From the IMG/VR virus record IMGVR_UViG_3300035034_000851, positions 1 through 64,000 of that record: a DNA stretch of 64,000 nucleotides, one strand, 5' to 3'. The stretch comes from a virus. Within the stretch, counting starts at the first letter, position 1. Every line of letters begins with the position of its first letter. The notes beneath the pieces are model-generated. The model was not told where the DNA came from and did no database searches. It was given only the letters and a program-made list of their open reading frames with translations. Position numbers and translations under genes: made by a program. Positions 9,854 to 21,800 of the stretch are shown piece after piece.

Positions 9854-12800
9854 ATGCCAGAAAAAAAAGTATTAACAGTAGAAGATTTTGTACAACAAGG
9901 AGGTACAGTAGTACCTGAAGGAGTAACTCCAGAAATAACTACACCTGCAAATGTAGGTTCTGCACCATTATCAGGTAGCATAGCTGCAGGTGAGTATAAA
10001 GGAAGAGTTTCTTCAGCTTCATTTAGAGATTTAGGATATGATTTAGAACATTTTCAAGCTAGACAACAAACTACAGGAGAAAAATGGTCTAATGGTATTG
10101 CTAAATTTACTGAACAAGTAGGTACAGGAGTAGTAGGTAATGTAGCCAATTTATTTTATGGTACAGGTTCTGCTATTGTAAATGGAAGTTTTAATAAATT
10201 TTTTGATAATGATTTTACTCAAACATTAGATTCATGGGATGATGCTACTAGAGAAAAGTTTCAAAATTTTAGTACTAATCAAGAAAGAGATAGAGCTTGG
10301 TACAAAAATATGGGTACTGCTAATTTTTGGGCAGATGATTTTTTAGGAGGTATGGCATTTACAGTATCTGCAGTATTATCTGAAATAACTATGACAGCAG
10401 CTACAGCAGCTACATTTGGAGCTACAGGTGCTTTACAAGCAGGTATGACTGCAAGATTAATGGCTAAAGCTGCTAGAGGTATAAATTCTTTAAACAAAGC
10501 TAACAAAGCTAAAACAGGAGTAAGTGCTATTAGTTCTGCTAGATCAGCTATAAATGCTGCAAATAAAATAGATAAAACTGCTTTATTTACAAGAAGACTT
10601 ATCACTGGTGCAGGTTATGAAGCAGGTGTTGAAGCTAGAGGATTTAAAGATGAAGCTTGGGCTGAAAGATTAAAAGGTTTAGAAGGTGTTGATTCAAAAG
10701 AACAACTAAAAAAATCTAATCCTGAGTTATATAATACTTTAGAAAGTTCAATTAATAGTGCTGCTAATTTTGTATTTGCAGGTAATACTGCTTTAGTTGG
10801 TTTATCTAATTTTGTTACATTACCTAAAACATTTGGTAAGGGATTATTTAAATCAGGTTCAATAAATTCAAGCATATTATCTCCTACTAGAGTTTCTGGC
10901 AGAGAAGGAGCTTATAATTTAGCTTATAATAATTGGAATAAGTTACAAAAAACTTCACATTTTAGTAAAGAACTTATTAAAAGACCTTTAACTGAAGGTT
11001 TATTTGAGGAAGGTGGTCAAGGTTTTGTTAAAAGAACTGGTCTTGAATACATATCTAAATCATATAGTCCTGAAGGAGTAGCAACAAGTTATGATGTTGT
11101 TTCAGCTATGAATGATGCATTTGATAAAACTTATGGAAGTTCATTTGACAATGAATTTTGGAAAGAAGTTGGTATAGGTATGATAATAGGTTCTTTAGGT
11201 TCTCCTACCTTTAATTTTAAAAGTGGAGCTAAAGGAATGTGGCAAGGATCTTTAGTTGGAGCTGTAACTGACACAAATGATAAAATTGCTGAAGCTGAAA
11301 AATTAGTAGAATTAGCAAATGCAGATCCTGGTATGAGTAAATTAGCTCTTATGCAAAAACAAGCTAATTTAGTTCACGAAACTAATAAAGAAATGCATGA
11401 AGCTCATAATAAAAAAGATTTTTATAGAGGTAAAAATGCAGAATCTCAAGAGTTTTATAATATGGTTGCTAATAGATACAAACTTGGTGTATCAGATCAA
11501 ATGCTTGGAGACACTGTAGAAGAAGTTGAAAATATGCCTATTGAAGAGTTTGCAGAAACTTTTGGATATGAAGGTAATATGACTCAAGAGGAATTATATG
11601 CCCGTAAAAAAGAAGTTATAGAAACTGCTACAGATAATACTAATAGAGCTGTTGAAGCTATTAGACAAGCTGAAAAGACTATACAAGATTATTCTTTTGT
11701 AACAGATGCTGGAACTTTAAATAGTAGTGAACTTATTGAAGCTGTTGCTTATAATGATTACATGGTTAGTGATTTAGATAAAAGAGAAGTTGAGTTAGCT
11801 GATAGTATTTCTAAAGATTTAAATATAGATGCTAGAACACTTTTAGATATTCGTAATGAAAATAATAGTGTAAGATGGACTAAAAAAGCTATAGATAGGT
11901 TTAGAGGTCATAAAAAAGAACTTGAAGAATCTGAAGAAGAATTAAAAGATGCTGAAAGTATTGATGCTAGTCAGTCAGAAATTGAAGTATTAAGAAAAAA
12001 AGTTAACAAACAAAAAAGCAGATATTACAGAGCTCTTAAAAAAGAACACACTAAAAGAAAAAATACTACAAATAAAGGTAAAAAATATGATAGAGACTTT
12101 GAATCTTTTAAAGAATTAGTAGAAAGTACTACAGCTTTACAAGATCAAGTAAATAATTTATATGTAGATAAACCTACTAGAGCTAAATCTACTGAAAACA
12201 AATTAAATGATTTGACTAAAATGGCATCTCAAAGAGAAGCTTATGTAGAAGATATGTCAACTCTATTATCAATAGAAGGTTTTAAAGCTTTTACAGAAGA
12301 ATTAGATAAAGTAAGAGAAGCTTCTATAAAAGATTCTAGAATTAATTTATACAACAAATTAAAAGAAATTGTACAATCTAGTGAAACTTTAACTGAAGAG
12401 CAAATACAACAAATAACAGAAAAAATAGAAGAACAAGCTAATTTAGACAATAAAGATGTTAGTAAACCAAATACTCTTACAACAAAAAGTGAAAATAAAC
12501 TTATAAAAACAATTATAGATAATTTAAATACATACAACGAAACTTCTAAAACTTTAGCACAATTTAATAATTTTAAAGTATATTTAACTAATAGTAAAAA
12601 TAGTTTAAAAGATAAAATTAAAAATGAAGATGATGGTACAGTTGCTTTTGAAGAAATTAAAGCAGAATATGAAGAATTATTAGACACTATTTATAAATTA
12701 GAAAATTATGTACAAAGTTCAATAAGTTCTTTAATAAATAAATCTAAAGAAAAATCTTATAATGGTTTTACTAGTGTATTAAATTCTGTAAAATCTTTTG

Positions 12801-15800
12801 TTAGATTTTTTAATAAAGATGAAAATGGTAAAGATATAAATGTAGAAGAAGTTCTTCAAGGTAGAAGTTGGGATGAAATAAAAAAAGTTCTTCAATTTTC
12901 TGTAGAAGAATGGGAAGATGCTCCTGTAGAAGATTCTCCTTCTAAAAATAAAGATGGAAGTTTAATGGACACTGATGTTAAAGTGTCTTCAAGTTATTTA
13001 CATACAGATGGTAAAAGATATGCACTTAGAATAAAAATAGGAGGTGTTTTAATAGGTGCATTGTCTGTTCCTAATAAATTTACAATTGATGGTAGACCTT
13101 TAGATTTTAGTGATTTAAATGATATTAAAAAACTTAATAAAGATTTTACTCCAGAAGAATTAAAACAACTTAATTTTTATAAGCATAATTATGAAGCATT
13201 AGTAACTGAAGCTTTATCTGGTACTTATATAGGTTATGAAGCTTTGAAAGATGTTGTTGATTTTAAATTATATTTAAAACAATTAGAATACATACCTAAA
13301 GGAGAAGGAAGAACTTCTGTAAAAGATTCTGTTGATTCCCAAGTAAATTTAGGAAACAAAAAAGGACATTTACTTTATAATAGAAATGGATATTCTGTTA
13401 GTTCAGAAGATGAAGAAGGTAATGTTAGAAAGACTAAAGGTGCTTATTTATTTTTACATGAAGGTAATAAATATGTATTAAGTAGACAATCTAATCCTGC
13501 TATGTATCAAGAAGCTAAAAGAATTATGATGGAAGGTGGAGCAAAATTCACTTCTAAATTATATCATAGTGATTTTTTACTTGTACCTAGAGGTAACAAA
13601 AAAGATGGATCAAGTAATTATGGGTTAATAGGTTTAGATTATCCTGCAGAAAATGATGCTACCATAGATGATGAAACTTTAAATACTACTTTTGCAGAAA
13701 ATATTGAAAAATTTAGTAATTGGTCTGATAAACAAAATAACGAAAATACAGATAAAAATAGTAAAAAATCTATTTACAACATGCCTCTTACAATTACTTT
13801 AGTTAGAGAAAATTCTAATACTAAAGTTAATTTAGATATTTCAGTTCCTCTATTAAGAACTAAAAATGAAGATGGAACTTGGAGTAAAAAAGTAACTTTA
13901 TATGGTAATGCAAAAGGAACTGGATCAACTAGTTTACATCATAGTTTATTTTTAGGTTTAAGTTATAATGAAGATTTTTCAAATATACAAATAGTTACTG
14001 ACTCTAAAAAAGGAGAAAAAGTTGATCTTACAGTTGCTAATTTAAAAGAACAAATTAATACTAGACTTAAATGGTCTATAACTCAAAAAGACAAAAGAAC
14101 AGGTACTGTAAACGTTGCTAACATTATAACAGAAAATGGCACTGTACCTTCAGGTAACGTGTCTGTTGCTAATATATATCCTCAAGATGTAAATACTGCT
14201 AAAGAAAATTTAGAGCTAGCAGCACGTCCTACTGACGCAGCTATAGTTACAGAACCTTCTAGTAGAATGACAGAAGATATTCCTGAAAATTTTAATCCTA
14301 CTTCTAAAGATCCTGTAACTCCTGCTCCAGAAGAAAATTCTCCAGCTAATCCTGCTCCACAACCTACTAATTTAGAACCAGATTTAAATGAATACGGTAG
14401 TGATTTAAATAAAACTACTTGGGAACATGTTCCAAATAGCTTATCTGCAGGTTTAAAATTATTTATAAAACTTTTAGGAGGTACAGAACAACATGAAATG
14501 TTACTAGCAGGTGATATACAATCATTAGGTCCTAAATATTTAGAAGCATTAACTACTATTGCTAAAAGAGAATTTGGACATGACAGTTATAATATGTCAC
14601 AGTTTTTTAATGATTTACAGATTGTAGAAGATTCTATAAATAATAAAGAAAACGAAGATGATCCAGATTCAGATGATTTAGCTTTTTCTACTAAAAAATT
14701 AGAAGGAGAAGCTGTTAATATAGCTCAAGCTAAAAAAATATTAAGTAAAATTTTACCTTCTTCTATTAAAATAAAAAGTCTAGATACTGTATTAAAAAAT
14801 TTACAAGCTAATGGTGAAGTTTTTGGTGTATTTATGAATAATATAATATACTTAGATTCTAACAAAGCAACAAAAGGTACAGCGTATCATGAGGCTTTTC
14901 ACGCAGTATTTAGAACTATTTTTACTAAAGAAGAAAAAGAGCAAATGTTAATATTAGCTCAAAAAGAATTTGGAGATCCTACTTCTAAAGATTTAAATGA
15001 GTTAAAACAAGTTACTTCTAGATACGATAAATATAGTAAAAAAGAACTTACAGAATTATGGTTAGAAGAAAAATTAGCTGATAAATTTGCAGAATATAAA
15101 CCTACTAAATTATCTTGGTTACAAAAACTTATAAATAAAATTAAATCTTGGTTAGGGTTTGTAACAGATAGTTCTTTATCTAAAGTATTTGATGCTATTT
15201 ATGAAGGTAAATTAAAAGACAGAACTTCTACTAGCATTGTTAGTGGAGAACCTGTATTTAGTATGTTAAAAACTTCAGGTAATAATACTTTAACTCCTAG
15301 AAATAGTGAAATAATTTTTTCTAGAGTACATCAAAGATATTTAAATAATACTAGTGAAGAATCTTATAAAGTTAAAATAACTAAAGCTATAGAAGAAGTT
15401 AAAGAAGAACTTAATTGGATAAATAATCCACGTATAGCTACTGCAAAATCTAAAAAAATGTATAATTCATTGAGAGGCCAAGGTTTACAACTTAATGAAA
15501 AACTTATTAGAGATGAAATTAGTTCTAGAATAGGTAATTATAACTTTAATGTAAATACTAAAGAAGTTGAAGAAGAAAATACAGATAATGATGATGAAAC
15601 TCCAGAAAGAGATTTTAATCCAGATTTAGGTAAATATGCAGGGATAAGTTCTCTTTCTAAAAGAATTAGAACATATTTAACGACAGTTCATCAATCAGAA
15701 GATTACTTAGGTTTAAATTTAACTGAAGAGGAATTAAAAGATGATATGTGGAAAGTTAGTGTTAATCATGACAGAGTGTATGATGCACTTGTTAGAGGTT

Positions 15801-18800
15801 TAGCTGATGTTGCTGAAAAAGATATATTACCTAGAATTTATTTTATGGGACAATCTAATCCTTCTATTAAAACTTTTTTTGACAAAGTAATAATAGATAT
15901 TCATAAAGAAGCAGGAATAGAAGAAGATTTTGATATAAAAAATTCTTTAAATTATGACAGAAGTACTTTATACAGAGAATTAGTTTCTAATTTTGATAAA
16001 ACTAAAGTTAATTTTCAAAGTATGATATATGATCCTAAATCTAAAACATATAGAATATTTAATTCTAATAGAAAAAATATTGCAAGAGATCAAGTTTCTA
16101 AATGGAATGCTAATTTTAATATTGCTAGAAACTCTGTAGATCCTAATCAAGCTTCTGATTTTATAGAAAAAGAAGTAATGGAAGTTTATGGACCTAATGC
16201 AACTAAAAATGAAGGTATTGGTACTTGGGTTGCTAATTTAGATAATAACGCTAAATTTGTAAGAGATAGCTTAGAAGAAAAAATAGGTTTAAAACTACAC
16301 ATAGATTATGTTAAATGGTCTATGATTAAAGATTCACTTATTAGTGAAAATACTGTAGAAATAAATGGTGAAATGTTAGAAAATAGCATAACAGGACTAA
16401 TTGAACATTACAAAAATATTGGTAACACTAATTTAGCAGTATTAGAAGATTTAGTTCAATTTTATGAAACATTTGAAAGTGCAGGAAATTCATTAGATCA
16501 AGAAGTTGATGGAGTTAGGTTATTATCAGACAGACTTCTTAGTATATTAAGAGATGATAAAGCTAATCATAATCCTTTTGCATTGCAAAGTGATGATATT
16601 GATGAAGATGTAGCTAGACAAGGTGCAGGAGCTGTTACTAGATTTAAATTTATAGCATCAGCAAATTCAATATTTGATTCTACTCTATCAGAAACTACTT
16701 TTAGAAATAATGAAGGTAATAATATTTCAGATAAAGTAAGTAATTCTTTTTATACTGATATGTTTAGAATTTTAAAAACTCCTAAATTTAAGTTTTTATT
16801 AAAAGATATTAAAGAAGGAGTTGCTTCTTGGGAAGATTTAAAATCAGTATTAGAAGATAATCAAATTTTTTATACAGATGATTTTATTAAACTGTATATG
16901 GAAGCTATATCTAATAATCCTCTTTTAACTGAAAATTTAGATGATATATTTAATGCTAATAAAGAAACTGAAATACTTGGAGGTATTAGAGAAGCTACTT
17001 TTACTGAAGATGGTTCAGTAAATACTCAGTCTGATTTTAAAAATGGTAAAGATTTTAAAAACATGACTCCTATAGAAAGAATGTTATTCAATATGTATAA
17101 CTATGAAAACTCTTTCTTTACTAAAAATAAAAAAACTTATTCTAAATTTAGTTTAGAAGTTAATGAAGATAAAAATACAAGTTATATTTTTTCTTTACCT
17201 GTAAAAGAATATTTATTTAAAGGTAAACCAAATGCTGTTTTTTTAAAGGATTATTTTAAACTATTTCAAACTGAATTTAATATCATTAAAAATGATACTT
17301 TAGTTGATAAAATTAATAAATTTAATGTAGGAGAAGAAAGTGATAGAAAAAACAAATTTTTTAAATTTAATTTCTTATCTGATGATTTGAAAAAAGCTTT
17401 ATTAAATTCTGATACTATTACAGAAGAATTAGAAAAAGAAGTTAAAAAACAATTAGCTGCAGATGCTACTAAAAAAATAAATAATTATGTTAATGTTCTT
17501 AAAAAAGAGCAAGCAACTGACTCATTACCTGAATCTTTTGCAAGTCAATCTGGTGTTGATAGTAATAAACAACCTATTTACAATGTTAATAGAGAAGAAG
17601 TTGGAAAATTTGTTTTAAATACTTTTATAAATAGTCATTCTTTATCTGATTTAATGAATGGTTCAGACATGGTAGGTCATAATTCTATATTAGACATTAT
17701 AAAAAGAAATGGTGGTAAAGTAGCTTATGGACAATCTTTAGGATCTGGACATACTAATATAGCAACTATTAAAGATTACAGTATTCCTGGAATTAATTAT
17801 TCTAAAGATGAAAATGGTAAAGAAAAAGGTTTAATAGATGAAGCAGGAGATGGGCAAACTTGGAGTACTCCAGGGTGGCGTATAAACACATATTTAAGGG
17901 GTATAGGTAAGTTTAGAAATGAATTAGAAAGATCTTACACAAAAGATGGAATAGGTTTATTAGATAAAGCTAGATTAGGTATAGAACTTAATTTAAAAGA
18001 ATTAAATGTTATGAAAAAGCATAATGCTTTATTTAATTCATTAAAAATTGTTGGAAGAGATGCACAAAGTTATTTAAAAACATCTATAAGTACTATTAGT
18101 AGAGCAGATGTTTCTAAGCTTGCTTTTAAAGACAGACAAGAAGCTGTAAATTTATTAAGAGATATAAAAGAAATTGAAATATCAGGAGAAAATGAAGAAA
18201 TATTAGATTATTTATTTACTCAATTACATGCTTTATACAAGCCTTTACCTCATAGAATAGAAATGCATAATATGTTAAATGACATGGAACTTAACAATGT
18301 TCATTTAGTTACTTATGAATCTGCTATGAAAACTGCAATTATTAATTCTGCAGATTACGCAAAAGGTGAAAAATTATCACCTATTAAAATGTCTAATAGA
18401 ATTCTTAGAGAACAAGTTAATACTGATGGTTTTAAAGAAGAAATTGTTGATGGTACTCAATTATTAAATATTATATGGTCAGAGCAATCTGATGAAAAAC
18501 AAGCTTTAGTTTCTAAATATAAATCTTATTTAGCTGAAAGAAGTAAAGAAGGTTTTGATATATTAAAAGGTACTATTTTTGAAGATATGCCTAATAAAAA
18601 AGACATTGTTCCTAGATATAAAGAATTATATAAAGAATTTAAAGCAAATATAGCTTCTTCTTTAGAAGATCCTTATATGGCTCAATTATTTGAATTAGAT
18701 CCTAAAGGACAACCTTTATATGATAATAACTTTACAGCAGTAGTTTCTAAATTTGAATCTATGTTTTTATCTTATGTAAGTAAGCATTCATTTAAATTTA

Positions 18801-21800
18801 AATCTGCTGGTAGAAAATATACATTAACAGCAAATGCTGGTTACAGAGTAAAAGTTGATAAAAATGACAATGTAATACCTACAGATTCTAACAATACTCA
18901 TTCTTCAGTTAGAAGATTAAAGTATGATAAAAAAACAGGTATAGCTGAAGTAATAGTATCTAAATATGCTTTTAAAGACCATTTAGAAGAAATTAAAGAA
19001 AATAATGGATTTATTCCAGAATATTTAGCTATGCAACTTGGATTTAGAATACCTACTCAAGATAATTCTTCTATAGTTAAACTAAAAATAGTTGACATGA
19101 TAGATGGTGCTTATGGCAGTACTATTATAATACCTTCAGAAATTAATGAAATATCTGGATCGGATTTTGACGTTGATAGTTTGTTTGCTAAATTATTTAA
19201 TTTTACTAATAAAGGTAAATTTGGAGACTATAAAAATATAAAAAGTGAAGAGTTAGCTATGCAAGCTGCTATGACTGAAATTACTGAAAGTAAACTTGTT
19301 AAAAGTAAAGTTAGAGAAGCTGTTAGAAATATTAGTGAAGACTTTAGACATTTAATGAATATTCAATCAAATACTTTAGAAGTAGATGAATTTGATGAAT
19401 ACATAAAAGAAATGGCTTTAAAAAATGGTAAAATAGAAGCAGCTATAGATTCAGTTTATGCTGATTTAGGTATTTTAACTATACCAATGTTTAAAGAAAG
19501 TGATTATTTTGATAAATTTATTGCAGTAAGAAAAGGTGATAATTACGGAACTAGTTTAACTAGAGAAGAACTTGATAATAATATATTAGAAGCTCAAATG
19601 GAATTAGCCTTTAATGACCACGCTACAGAAACTTCAGAAAGAGAGCCTATACTAGAAACTTATAAATTTTTAGAAGAACAAGGTATAACACTAAAAGATA
19701 ATGTTAGTGGTGCTCATGACCCTGCTTCACAATATCAAGCTCATAAAGCTAATTATGCAGGAAGTGGAGGTATAGGGCCTATGGCTTTATTTAACATTGC
19801 TTTTCAATATATGAGAGCTAATGATTCTAAATTTACTACTAAAGTAAAAGAAATTGAAGATGTAGATGGTATTGATGTTATAAAAGTTGTAGAAAAACCT
19901 TTAGAAGTATATCCAGGTTTTTCATCTTTTAATACTGATATGGCAGGAAAGCATAGAGTAAATAAATTAATCTCTGCTTTTATAACTGCATTTACAGATA
20001 ATGCAAAACATCTTGATTCTGAAAAATTAGGTATTAATAAAAACTTAATTACACATATAGCTACTGTATTTTCTTCAGGAGTTCCTTTAAATGAAGCAGT
20101 ACCTTTCTTTTTGCAAGATTCTATACAAATTTGGAAAGATATAAAAGCTAATAAAAGTTATATTACTGATGAAGACATTAAAAAAGGTTTAATGGAAAAA
20201 GCAAAAGCTAATGGTTTTAGTAAATCTGATTTAGAAATTGCTTTTGGTTCTAAAATTAAATATAAAGTAAATAAAGAAAATATATTAGCTAATTTAAAAT
20301 TTCAAGAAGACAATTATGCTAGAGTAGAAGACTCAATAGAAATAAACAAAAGATTTATAAGCCCAGAATTAAAAAGATGGGTAGACATAAATTTACAATC
20401 TTATGAATACTTTAAAAATACTGATAAAATTGCAAATGAAATTTTCCATTTTACTAGAGTATTATCTTTAGTAAAAGGAGTTAAAAAATCTACTGCTAAT
20501 GTTCAAAGCATACTTGATAGTACTAAAAAATTAGGAGTTGGATTTAATTCTGGTTATAAGGTTGTTAGTAACTTAGATAAAGTTATGACAGCTACTAATT
20601 GGTTTTCAATTATAAATAAAAATAAAAATATAGAAAGAAGTTTACTTAACTTAAAAGAATTAGATAGAGATATATTAAAAGAATTTTTAATATCCCATTC
20701 TATAGGAGGTAAAGATTTATTAGAGTCTTTAATAATAAATAACAAATCAAATAGATTTACTAAAGAAGACGATTTTAAAACAGTATTGGGAGAGTTTAGT
20801 AGTTTTATACAATTAAAAGCTTACATGCATAAAGGTAAAAATAAAATTAAATATGATTTCAACGATGATATTTTTAATAGAGAATTTTATGATACTTTAA
20901 ATGACTTAAAAGCTGAAGCTAAAGCTGGTGATACAATTTTACAAGAAAATAAATTATTACAACAACTTAGACAAAGAAATTACAAATTTAAAGATAAATC
21001 TGATTTTGCAGGTCTTTTATTAACTTGGGGTGAAATGAACACTAATACAAAAAAAGATGCGGATGATACTACAGAGCTATTAGATGGTTTTTCTGAATTA
21101 CATGAATCATCTAATCCTAAAGCAAAAAAACTAGCTAAATTAATATTTAAGCAAGTTGCTATAAAAGATAATTTTAAATTTAAATCTAACAGTCTTATTA
21201 GACTAATATCTTTACGTTATTTAAAACCTAATTTAATAGATTTATTACCAGAAATAAAAGAAGCTTTAAATTCAGGAACACCTGCTAAATATGATGCTTT
21301 ATTTGGAATGGATTTAGGACAACTTAGAGATGATTTTATTAAATCTTATTCAAGAAATACTGTTAATTACAAAAATGTTAGAACTTTAAATAACAATCAA
21401 TTAAAATCATTATTAGGAGCTACTAATGAAGAAGGATATGTTAGATCAGGATTTGATGCAGACAATCTTCCTACATATCAAACAGTTAATGATCCTTTTA
21501 ATAATAATTTAGTTTCTTATTACAAAGGTAAAGACGGTATTGAAAGATTGTATTTTAACTCTGAAATAAATAAAAAAATTGGAAAAAATATGGAATCTTT
21601 AGCTAAGAGTAAATTATTTGATCTGGATATGAATTGGGAAACTGGTTATAATAGATTAACTTTTCCTAGAGTAATAAGAGTTGCACAAGAGTATTACCAA
21701 TTAGAAGGATTTACTAGAGAAAAAATAAACAAAGGTTCTAAAGCTTCTTATGTTAAAGTAAACAGAATAGGTAATTATCTTATGAGTCCTTATGCTTTCA